DNA from: an uncultured delta proteobacterium
GTDB lineage: Bacteria > Desulfobacterota > Binatia > UBA9968
Assembly (NCBI GenBank): GCA_963745835.1
Contig: CAVUZH010000017.1
Location: 1 to 20,130, forward strand
Reading direction: 5' to 3'
DNA: 20,130 bases
Shown here: positions 8,978 through 16,778 of the stretch, piece by piece
Layout of the letters: the number at the start of each line of letters is the position of its first letter
Numbering within the stretch: the stretch's first letter is position 1
Notes under the pieces: model-generated
What the model was told of the DNA's origin: nothing
The model's database searches: none
The model's input: the letters and a program-made list of their open reading frames with translations, nothing else
Translations under genes and position numbers: made by a program

Positions 8978-10318
8978 CTAGAACCGGCCGTTCGCCCACG
9001 CAGCAACGTAATCGTAAATGTTTTTACGCGCGTTCGAATAGTCAACCCCGGTGACCGCCGTACATTCGGTGCAACCTGTCCCTCCGTGAGTTGCTCCTTC
9101 AATTACGATGAAGTCCTTATCAGCCATTGCCCCATTCTCAAAAAGTATTTCATTGTCACGGATGAAATAGTGCGCTCCCATAGCAGCTATCAGGACTGGA
9201 ACATGGATTTCGCGAATGGCGCAGACGGTGGTGTCGTTTGCCGAACACCAGTCAATCCCATCCAGCGAGTGGGTCGCTCGAATTGCATTGGCAGTCAAGA
9301 ACGAAGTGATCCTTAGCTCACTGACCCCGGCACTATTTCCAGAGCCCATTAGTCGATCGTCTTCCGCGATACCCGGATCGGGAATGCGTACAGAGTTGAC
9401 GACTTGTGTCACGATTGTACCATCGTTCTTCAGGAGCTTTGCAGGATTCAAAGTTCCGCGGTGAACGCCCGTGCTTGCGTCAGACAGTCGAGCGGCCGTC
9501 CTATAGATGGTGAACGTATCCTCATCGACAGGTTGATATGTTCCTTCTGCCATTCTTCGCTTGATTTCCAGCGCCTTGTCGATGAGATTATTCATGCGAA
9601 CAGCCTGAGCCCGGAAATACCGGTCTTGAAACTCCATGGAATAAACGGAATCCCCGTTGGGGTTGAATCCGTTTTTTTCGCTGAACGGATCAAGCCTAGG
9701 ATTGATTGATTGAAACGGCCTATTTTCATTCATCACAGATGCGTTAACACTGCGCAGTGTGTTCACCGAAACCCCTGGGTGGGCGTCCAAATAAACAATG
9801 CCGTTAGCTCTATCTGTGGGCACAAAGCCAGCCAGCCTCTCAGAACTGCACTCAACGATCTTGTTAGGGCCTTGGCAATATGCCGGGCCATTTTCGGCTA
9901 CCGCTTGATAAAAGGACATGACGGGGCCACCACCACTGGGACCAATGAGAATGACTGTGCTGATTCCCGGCTGCGACCGCAGAAAGCGAACGCCGGAGCG
10001 AACGTCGAGAGCAATGTCCTGCCAATCCACTTGCGCTTCATTATTCGCGAACCGCACGTTCATGCCGAGAACCATAAAGCCACGACTTGACAATTCGGTC
10101 GTCGACGTGTGCGTCACGTAGCTGCTGTTACGATGAGTCACCAAAAACGCGATCTGCGGCGGTGGACCCGAGTTAGGGACGTAAAGTGCGCCGATTGCGC
10201 CGCTGCCCAACGGGATGAATCGTGGATTGCTTTGGGCTAATGCGCTGGCTGCGCCGTTGGTGATTCCGAAAACTAAAAATAAGCCAAACAACATTAACAG
10301 CACTCGCAGTTTTGACAT
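8978..10318 (-). CDS. Secreted alpha/beta hydrolase (putative esterase), paralog B
   Basis: Start at 10318 (MSKLRV) after GGAGGG; signal peptide ending ALA-Q; elbow LIGPSGG; shares FYQ-VAENGP-CQGP-KI-C, DAH-G, AHYFIR and EGATHGGTGCTEC with paralog A. Confidence 0.8.
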   Translation of the reverse strand: MSKLRVLLMLFGLFLVFGITNGAASALAQSNPRFIPLGSGAIGALYVPNSGPPPQIAFLVTHRNSSYVTHTSTTELSSRGFMVLGMNVRFANNEAQVDWQDIALDVRSGVRFLRSQPGISTVILIGPSGGGPVMSFYQAVAENGPAYCQGPNKIVECSSERLAGFVPTDRANGIVYLDAHPGVSVNTLRSVNASVMNENRPFQSINPRLDPFSEKNGFNPNGDSVYSMEFQDRYFRAQAVRMNNLIDKALEIKRRMAEGTYQPVDEDTFTIYRTAARLSDASTGVHRGTLNPAKLLKNDGTIVTQVVNSVRIPDPGIAEDDRLMGSGNSAGVSELRITSFLTANAIRATHSLDGIDWCSANDTTVCAIREIHVPVLIAAMGAHYFIRDNEILFENGAMADKDFIVIEGATHGGTGCTECTAVTGVDYSNARKNIYDYVAAWANGRF

Positions 10319-10435
10319 GAGTAACCCTCCCTTTTGTGTTTTCGGATTCCTGGTACAAGAAACCTCTGCCAAGTTAAGACTTACGGACGCTGTACCGGCG
10401 GTCCTCTGCTCATCTCTAATCGAGATTGTGATGAA

Positions 10436-10483
10436 CTGTCTAATGCATTTTTAGAATGATGATTATTGACTTAATGTATGACG
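10436..10483 (-). promoter_or_regulatory. 48-bp LysR-type operator/promoter element, copy 2
   Basis: Reverse complement CGTCATACATTAAGTCAATAATCATCATTCTAAAAATGCATTAGACAG matches copy 1 at 44/48 positions without gaps. Points toward the hydrolase pair, with a LysR remnant on the other side. Confidence 0.85.
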
Positions 10484-10527
10484 CCGCTTAGACGCAGGGG
10501 GCATTTGATTCTAATAGGAGGATCGTT

Positions 10528-10618
10528 GTGACACTTTCATCAGCTCAGGACATTCGATTGAGTGGCTAGACATCTAAACATTACTAATGAACAGAGTGAT
10601 TATCATAGATCCCAGTGA
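10528..10618 (+). pseudogene. Decayed LysR N-terminal fragment
   Basis: After AGGAGG: GTG ACA CTT (extra T) CAT CAG CTC AGG ACA TTC GAT TGA GTG GCT AGA CAT CTA AAC ATT ACT AAT, i.e. MTL/HQLRTFD*VARHLNITN versus MTLHQLRIFDSVARHLNITN in the intact LysR. One frameshift and a nonsense codon. Confidence 0.85.
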
Positions 10619-10671
10619 TGAAGGACGGGTTCAAACGGTTTGACTAATTGAACAGCTTGAGGCTTGAACGT

Positions 10672-11658
10672 CTATTTTCCCCTTGCCTTCCTCTCCTGAG
10701 CAAGCTGCTCTAGGAAAGATAAATCCAATAACTCGAGAACGTTCAATTTCATCGAGGAGAGATTCTTATCGTTGGCAATCACGTTCTCCATCGCTTTAGC
10801 CGTAACGATCGGCAATCCCGGAGTTACCTGACTATAGACTCTGCGGGTCTCTTCCAGCTCCTCGACTACGTTGGAACGATAGTATTCACCCAAATATTTA
10901 AGAACTCGATCTTTGTTTCTCTCGTCCCGGTAAAAGTCCATTCCATCGGCCAATCCGCGCATAAAGTTCATGACCGTCTCCCTATCGGTGCGGATGAACG
11001 ACCGCATGGTCACCGGTCCGGCAATTGTGTATTCGAAATCCTCCTTGGAAAAATCGAGAAACGTCGGATAACCGGCTTTGCGCGCCTTCAGCGTAAAAGG
11101 CGATTGCAGAACCGTCGCCTGAATCTGTCCCAGCGTCAATGCTGTCCAACGATCTCCCTGGCCGCCAATGCCGACGATCTGGACGTCTTTATCAGGATTT
11201 AACCCGAGTCGCCGAACGGCGACGCGGGCGATAAAGTCCGTGCTCGATCCAATTTGACTGACGCCGATTCGCTTTCCTTTGAGATCGGCATGCTGCTTGA
11301 TCGTTGGATGCGCCGCTACGATGTAGTCCAAGCGATTGCCGACGGCGCCGATTATCTGAAACTCCTTGGCGCCCTGCGCCCACGCCGCGACGACAGTGGA
11401 TGCGCCTTGGAGCTGCAGCGGCAGGTCGCCCGAGAGAGCAGCCTGAATTCCCATGAGGCCGCCGCGAATGTAGATGGGTTCGAGCTTCAAGCCGTATTTT
11501 TCGAACGAGCCCGAGCGGTACGCAACCCAAAAGTAACTAGAGGAACCGCCCAGCGGATACCCAACCTTAATTTCCCGCAACTTGCTATTCTGGGCAGAAG
11601 CAAAGCAGGGAAAAACCAACATGCAGCACAGCAGGTATAAAATTATCTTGCGTTTCAT
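10672..11658 (-). CDS. ABC transporter substrate-binding protein, NitT/TauT family
   Basis: Signal peptide MKRKIILYLL...ASA; LKGKRIGVSQIGSSTDF; GLNPDKDVQIV; FMRGLADG. Confidence 0.92.
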   Translation of the reverse strand: MKRKIILYLLCCMLVFPCFASAQNSKLREIKVGYPLGGSSSYFWVAYRSGSFEKYGLKLEPIYIRGGLMGIQAALSGDLPLQLQGASTVVAAWAQGAKEFQIIGAVGNRLDYIVAAHPTIKQHADLKGKRIGVSQIGSSTDFIARVAVRRLGLNPDKDVQIVGIGGQGDRWTALTLGQIQATVLQSPFTLKARKAGYPTFLDFSKEDFEYTIAGPVTMRSFIRTDRETVMNFMRGLADGMDFYRDERNKDRVLKYLGEYYRSNVVEELEETRRVYSQVTPGLPIVTAKAMENVIANDKNLSSMKLNVLELLDLSFLEQLAQERKARGK

Positions 11659-11718
11659 CTTTTGCTGCGTTACTGCCTAGCCACGTCGTGAATACCAGGC
11701 GACTCACGATAACCCGCG

Positions 11719-13545
11719 TCACTGTGTCCTGAACCCATTGCTCTGACTCCCCGGATTTGCATTCGGATTTTGGGAGTTCGACGGATTGTTGGAATTACCG
11801 CCTCCGGGAGCGCTGTTGGGGTTATCAGAAGCCAGATTGTGCCAGCTCTGACGGTTACCTTCGCACGTAAAGTTGCTTGCGACGTTGATATCGCCGGAAC
11901 CGATATAGCGGGTCTGTTTCGGATAGGGGCACAGCGGACGGCTGCGGGATGCCACTCCGAAGTAGCCGGGGTTGCTGGCCGTTGCGATAACCTTATCCGG
12001 CGCGACGCCGTTTTCCACCCAATTGATAATCTCTGGAAACATTTCGAAGTCATCTGTTGAAGGCCCACCACTACAATGATTCATGCCAGGCACCACAAAC
12101 AACCGTACATAGTTCGCGGCCTTATGGTCTTGGGCAAGCACGTCGTTGTACCAGTCGATCGTTGCATTAACTGAAAACGCGCCGTCCGCTCCACCGTGGT
12201 AAACGATCATTTTGCCGCCGTTAGCCTTGAACGCGGATAGGTCGGTGGAGTCGACTGATCCCAGCTCAGCCGCCGATTCGGTATATATGCCCCCTGTTTC
12301 GTGTATCCTTTCAAGGAAGGTATCGAAATCGAAATCCAGCTGGAACGGAACACAGTCTATGGCGGTGACAAACGGTATCAATGGATGGGCAGTATACCTG
12401 AGCGCTGATGATGCACAGCTCCTGGTTACTCTCTGGGCATTGTTGGTGGTCGCGTTAAACGAACCAAGCACCCAAGAGCGCCAGCCTTGGTTGAAGGTGG
12501 AGCCTGACCGACCGCCGATACCCGGATCCCATGGCCAGTTGGCATACAGCTGGGTTCCGTCGGAGTCCTTCATTCCCGCCATCACAGTCTGAAGCGCCGC
12601 GATCTGATCCGCCGTCAGGCAATCGGCGGTTTTTGCGCCAGTGCACGTCACCGCCGCCAGAGCGGCATTCACCCGACCTGACTTGCATGCCGGCATGTTG
12701 TCGACGATCCCGTCTTTAAGGCCATCCAGCCGATCGCATGCCGCCAAAACGGCATTCCGTATTAGTAATAGATCCTCGTCGGTGTAGATTTTATTGATGA
12801 GGGGGTTGCCTGCGGAGTCAAAGCTCGTCGCTATTTTAGCGAAAACTTGTGTGGCATAAGCGCCGTTCGCCGACGAGTGTGGCCGCAGAATGCCGGGATC
12901 TCCGGCGACGATGCCGTCGAAATGTTTCGGAAACGTCTGCGCCATCAGCATCGCTTCCGCCCCACCTTGGGAACACCCGACATAATAAGAAAATAGGGGC
13001 TTCTGTCCATAATAGATGCCAACCAACTCTTTCCCCACTCGAGCGGTCTGGTCATAAGAGTTATAGGAGAAATCGATTCTGGCTTGTGGATCGATGGAGA
13101 ATACGTTCGTGCCACCTACATTGGGATCAGTGTTGGTCTCATTATCATGTCCGGAATCAGTGCCGATCGTGACGTAGCCTAGCGGCAGAATAGTCGTCGG
13201 ATCTTCAACGGTACCGTTGCTGCCGCCGCCGCCGCCCATGTAGAATCGCTCGTTCCACGCGGAGGGCATGCGTACACGGAACTTGATGGCATAAACCTGT
13301 CCGAGCACACCTACTCGCTCGTTGATCTTGCCATCGACAAGACAATGCTCTGGCAGACTCTGGGTAGCCGGGGTAAGCACAGCCGACGTGATAACGACCT
13401 TCGGGATAGTGGGGCTGGTAAACTCCGTAAGGGAACTGCAGGCGACAATGGGAGCCGGAGTAGCGTGTGCGTCGGGGATCGCCGCCATCATCATAATAGC
13501 CCCGCCAAGACACCCGAGTAGTCGCGCCTTCGTAAAGATGTTCAT
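11719..13545 (-). CDS. Tannase/feruloyl esterase family hydrolase, MHETase-like
   Basis: Start at 13545 (MNIFTK) after GAGGAG; signal peptide; catalytic GCSQGG (Ser codon 12970-12972), YHGGADGAFS and PGMNHCSGGP (the CS-D-HC tannase signature); RPLCPYP; lid segment NQGWRSWVLGSFN...NNAQRV. Confidence 0.93.
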   Translation of the reverse strand: MNIFTKARLLGCLGGAIMMMAAIPDAHATPAPIVACSSLTEFTSPTIPKVVITSAVLTPATQSLPEHCLVDGKINERVGVLGQVYAIKFRVRMPSAWNERFYMGGGGGSNGTVEDPTTILPLGYVTIGTDSGHDNETNTDPNVGGTNVFSIDPQARIDFSYNSYDQTARVGKELVGIYYGQKPLFSYYVGCSQGGAEAMLMAQTFPKHFDGIVAGDPGILRPHSSANGAYATQVFAKIATSFDSAGNPLINKIYTDEDLLLIRNAVLAACDRLDGLKDGIVDNMPACKSGRVNAALAAVTCTGAKTADCLTADQIAALQTVMAGMKDSDGTQLYANWPWDPGIGGRSGSTFNQGWRSWVLGSFNATTNNAQRVTRSCASSALRYTAHPLIPFVTAIDCVPFQLDFDFDTFLERIHETGGIYTESAAELGSVDSTDLSAFKANGGKMIVYHGGADGAFSVNATIDWYNDVLAQDHKAANYVRLFVVPGMNHCSGGPSTDDFEMFPEIINWVENGVAPDKVIATASNPGYFGVASRSRPLCPYPKQTRYIGSGDINVASNFTCEGNRQSWHNLASDNPNSAPGGGNSNNPSNSQNPNANPGSQSNGFRTQ

Positions 13546-13635
13546 GACTGATCTCCTCATAATTCTGGGAATCAACCGTTGGCAGAACTTTTCACCGAAG
13601 TTTTTCGACATGAGCATTTACTCAGAGTCGCTAAG

Positions 13636-13683
13636 ATGTCCAATGCTTTTTTTGAATAATTGTTATTAGCTTTTTCTATAACG
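13636..13683 (-). promoter_or_regulatory. 48-bp LysR-type operator/promoter element, copy 3
   Basis: Reverse complement CGTTATAGAAAAAGCTAATAACAATTATTCAAAAAAAGCATTGGACAT; 35/48 identical to copy 2 without gaps; perfect dyad TTAT-N11-ATAA. Lies between the esterase gene and a LysR remnant. Confidence 0.7.
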
Positions 13684-13761
13684 GGGATCCCCTTACTAGC
13701 GGAGCAAATCAATGTAGTGGGATACGTTTTTCTTCAGTGAGTCTGTCCGAGGGGGACGGGT

Positions 13762-13851
13762 ATGACCCTTTATCAACTTAAGGTATTTGAAGCTGTTGCC
13801 AGTCATCTGAACGTCACGCGTGCATCCCTAGAGCTACACACAAGTCAGCCC
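13762..13851 (+). pseudogene. Truncated LysR HTH fragment
   Basis: MTLYQLKVFEAVASHLNVTRASLELHTSQP (30 codons) aligns with the intact LysR N-terminus, then homology ends abruptly. The frame stops at 13897-13899. Confidence 0.88.
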
Positions 13852-13852
13852 A

Positions 13853-13980
13853 AGACCCGGTATCAAGATGAAATATCCGAGTTTAAAACAAACGAATAAT
13901 CTTGAGCCGGTCGACCTGAGATGGCGGCGAACTATGAGGACTTGCTGAAGCTGTACAAATCAATTCTAAAAGGCGGTTAG
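13853..13980 (+). pseudogene. 3' remnant of an Fe/polyamine-type SBP gene, paralog of 4042..5052
   Basis: RPGIKMKYPSLKQTNNLEPV/(1-nt deletion)/PEMAANYEDLLKLYKSILKGG* versus RPGIKMKYPRLQQTSNLVPVKPEMAKNYDELLKLYESILKNG* at 4924-5052. Confidence 0.88.
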
Positions 13981-14016
13981 CGAATCGCGCCCTTTCTTCT
14001 CAAATTTCGGCTTCCG

Positions 14017-14904
14017 CTATTGTAAACCCAGCACTCGCGCCGGAACCTTTTGGGCCATGGTTTTGACCTCGTCGACGCTCATACCATGAAATAGTAACTG
14101 GCCGATGAAGCTGCGAAAGTTCTCCGCCGGCAATGGACTAAATGCCTGGCCGCCGTCCACCGTCATGGCGCACCGCTCAACGCCAACGCCGCGCGCCGCT
14201 TCGATCAACGGCTTCGGGTTCATCCCAGGACGATACACCAGCTCGATAATGGCGCCTTGGCCGGCCATCTGCCGCCGTAACTCCAGGGGCGTGTCGTCGC
14301 GCACATGGCTGACGACAATTCTCTGGATGCCGTGGCGCTGCGCTTCGGCTACCAGCATAAGATGTTCCTCCACGGAGATGTGACCGGTGGCGACCACCAT
14401 GTCGTTGGCCTTGGCGATGTCGAGTATCTCGTGCATCTCGGGCAACAACCGGCCGCGCTCATCGACGACTACGATACCAGGGCGGCCACGCAAACCCACC
14501 GGCGGGCGCGCCTTAGAACCGCTGCGTCGGCCTGAAGCGTGATACTCAGCGTTCCAGGTCGGAGCGAACAAAACCTTGCTGCCGATCTTCACCGCTACCT
14601 CTACGGCGAATGGGTTTAGGCCTCCGAGCGAGTAGTTCAACACCACCGTGCCGAACAAACTCACTTCGGGAAACAGTGGCTGAATCGTTCGTACCAGAGC
14701 GCCGGTAGGCCAGTGATGGCTCTTCATCACCACAGCGCGCATACCCGCCTCTTTTGCCTGGCGCGCCGTGCCGATGCCGTCGAGCCTTCGGGCCACGGCG
14801 AGATCAGCGGTCGGAGGCATGTCTGGGCCGAAATGGACATGCATGTCGATAGCGCCATGCATAATCTCGTCGATCAACGCGCTAAAATTTTCTTGCGTCA
14901 GCAT
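14017..14904 (-). CDS. Metal-dependent TIM-barrel hydrolase (amidohydrolase-like; DUF6282-like)
   Basis: GAIDMHVHFGPD (D-x-H-x-H), VMKSHH, ATGH, VSH and TVDGGQ metal-ligand pattern. Likely start 14904 after AAAGGA. DUF assignment is from memory. Confidence 0.78.
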   Translation of the reverse strand: MLTQENFSALIDEIMHGAIDMHVHFGPDMPPTADLAVARRLDGIGTARQAKEAGMRAVVMKSHHWPTGALVRTIQPLFPEVSLFGTVVLNYSLGGLNPFAVEVAVKIGSKVLFAPTWNAEYHASGRRSGSKARPPVGLRGRPGIVVVDERGRLLPEMHEILDIAKANDMVVATGHISVEEHLMLVAEAQRHGIQRIVVSHVRDDTPLELRRQMAGQGAIIELVYRPGMNPKPLIEAARGVGVERCAMTVDGGQAFSPLPAENFRSFIGQLLFHGMSVDEVKTMAQKVPARVLGLQ

Positions 14905-14989
14905 AATAGATCCTTTCGAACTTACTCGTCGTGGTCGCGCTGTATAGCAGATCCGTCGCAATGTGGAAAGCATGAATCACACGATCTCT

Positions 14990-15037
14990 CGTTATGAATA
15001 AAGTCAATAACCATCATCCAAAATAAGCATTAGACAG
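14990..15037 (+). promoter_or_regulatory. 48-bp LysR-type operator/promoter element, copy 4
   Basis: CGTTATGAATAAAGTCAATAACCATCATCCAAAATAAGCATTAGACAG; 38/48 identical to copy 1 without gaps; perfect dyad TTAT-N11-ATAA. Upstream of the second selenoprotein gene. Confidence 0.8.
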
Positions 15038-15123
15038 CCGGTCAAAATCCCAATAAGAGTTGATATGGTGATAAACGATTTGGGAAAGAGGTTAGTAATT
15101 TCAAACTCAACAGGGGGAAACAA

Positions 15124-15675
15124 ATGATTATCTTAAGCCCGGAAGGGAAGGCGCGAATATCATCGGAGCGGATTCCCGCCTTACCACGATTTGCAGATCT
15201 GAATGGCAAGACTGTGGGATTTTTGGACAACAGCAAGCCCAATAACGATCTATTGCAGTCGCGTTTTGAGCAGCTGCTGCGACAAAATTGCGATGTGGGT
15301 GGCGTTGTCCGGCGACGAAAGCTGACCGCGCAGCAAGGGGCGCCCAAAGCGTACCTCGATGAACTCGCTGCTCAGTCCGATGTCGTTATCAGCGGACTGG
15401 GAGATTGAGGGTCGTGCACATCGTGGAGTATCCACGATTCCATCGAACTGCAAAAAAGAGGCAGACTCGCGGTCACCGTCGTCTCTCATCCTTTTGAAGC
15501 GCTCGCGAAGTCGGAGCGCGAAGCTTTCGGCGCTCCCGATTCCCCTATCTTGATCGTGCAGCATCCGATCGGCACGGTGAAACCGGAGGAGGTTAAAAAG
15601 CGCGCTGACGCCGCCTTCGACAAGCTGCTCGAAGCCTTGCTCCATTCGCACCAGGGCACAAATGGAGCGTCATAA
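15124..15675 (+). CDS. UGSC-family selenoprotein, copy 2 (183 aa, Sec at codon 95, TGA 15406-15408)
   Basis: DLNGKTVGFLDNSK...DVVISGLGD-U-GSCTSWSIHDSIELQKRG...IVQHPIG, open to TAA at 15673-15675. Homology to copy 1 continues on both sides of the TGA. Confidence 0.9.
15420..15438 (+). promoter_or_regulatory. Putative bacterial SECIS hairpin, copy 2
   Basis: ATCGTGGA-GTA-TCCACGAT: perfect 8-bp stem starting 11 nt after the TGA, with pairing-preserving changes relative to copy 1. Confidence 0.8.
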
Positions 15676-15725
15676 GCGGTATACGGTTTAGCAACAGTAC
15701 TTCGGAGACATTGGGGATAAGGAAG

Positions 15726-16778
15726 ATGACACAGCAAGAACTCCAAGCGGAACGGATTGAAATTGAAGATGATCTTTGGGCGGCTAACGATTTTTTCGAA
15801 ACGAAGGGTTGGAGTGACGGACTACCGATCATTCCTCCTACGGAAGAGCGTGTCGCGCGGATGCTAGGCGCGACTAGGCGCAACCGGGATGAGGTAATCG
15901 GCACGGTGCCACCGAAGTGGGCGCCAGCTACTGTGGAGAAAATTGCCATCAACGCCGTCATGGCTGGCTGCAAACCTGAATACATGCCGGTGCTTATCGC
16001 CTCTGTCGAAGCCATCACCGAACCAAAACTTAATCTTTATGCACTGCAAGCAACCACTGGCGGGCCGGCGGTGATGCTCATCATCAACGGTCCGGTGCGG
16101 CATCAGATTCAGGTCAATGGTGAGTCGAATGCGCTCGGCGAAGGCTGGCGCGCCAACGCGACGATCGGTCGTTGCATTCGTCTCATCCAGCGAAACATTG
16201 GTGGCTCCTATCCAGGAACGACTTGCAAGGCAACGCTTGGTTGGCCTGGCAAGTACTCCATCTGTATCGGTGAGAACGAAGAGGCTAGTCCGTGGGAGCC
16301 GCTGCATGTCGAGCGCGGCTTTGACAAGAATTCGAGCACTGTCACCGCGATCAGCGCGGACGGTTCCGTTCGCGCTTCTGATCTTGACAGCACGAACGCC
16401 GCAGGTGTGCTGACCAATTTTGCTCAAAAAATGGATGGGCCTTCAGGACCGGAAGCCATCATGGTGGTCTGCCCGGAGCACGCCAAAATCATCGCCAATG
16501 ACGGCTTCAGTAAGAAGGATGTGCAACGGTTTATTTGGGAGCGAGCAGCTTACCGCATGAAAGATTTGCCGGAAGAAACTTTTTATCAAAGGGTAAAGCG
16601 TTGGTCACACCGAAATCTAACCCGTGAGAGTGTCATTCCTGTGACCGATCGACCCGAGGATATTGTCGTTGTTGTGGCAGGTGGTGACGGTTCTCAATCG
16701 CAGTATATCCACGTGTGGGGTCAGAGCACTCCCGAGGGCGGATCGACACGGTCGGTAACCAAAGCCGTACGGGACTAG
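15726..16778 (+). CDS. Uncharacterised UGSC-associated protein (SDGLP...NAVMAGC family), copy 2
   Basis: GWSDGLPIIPPTEERV, IAINAVMAGCKPE, RANATIGR, GWPGKY, GENEEASPWEPLHVERGF, VVVAGG; paralog of 2935..4011. ATG at 15726 follows AAGGA (the track starts at TTG 15711). Confidence 0.88.
   Translation: MTQQELQAERIEIEDDLWAANDFFETKGWSDGLPIIPPTEERVARMLGATRRNRDEVIGTVPPKWAPATVEKIAINAVMAGCKPEYMPVLIASVEAITEPKLNLYALQATTGGPAVMLIINGPVRHQIQVNGESNALGEGWRANATIGRCIRLIQRNIGGSYPGTTCKATLGWPGKYSICIGENEEASPWEPLHVERGFDKNSSTVTAISADGSVRASDLDSTNAAGVLTNFAQKMDGPSGPEAIMVVCPEHAKIIANDGFSKKDVQRFIWERAAYRMKDLPEETFYQRVKRWSHRNLTRESVIPVTDRPEDIVVVVAGGDGSQSQYIHVWGQSTPEGGSTRSVTKAVRD

Noticed and set aside
10559-10561. In-frame TGA in the LysR remnant as Sec
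   Set aside because: It aligns to a Ser (TCA) codon in an HTH fragment that is also frameshifted.
13510-13545. LLGC as a lipobox in the MHETase-like protein
   Set aside because: The Cys is at residue 12 with almost no preceding hydrophobic stretch. A signal peptidase I site at AHA-TP fits better.
14905-14973. MLSTLRRICYTARP as a third LysR remnant
   Set aside because: Similarity is too weak and its spacing to the operator differs from the other cassettes.
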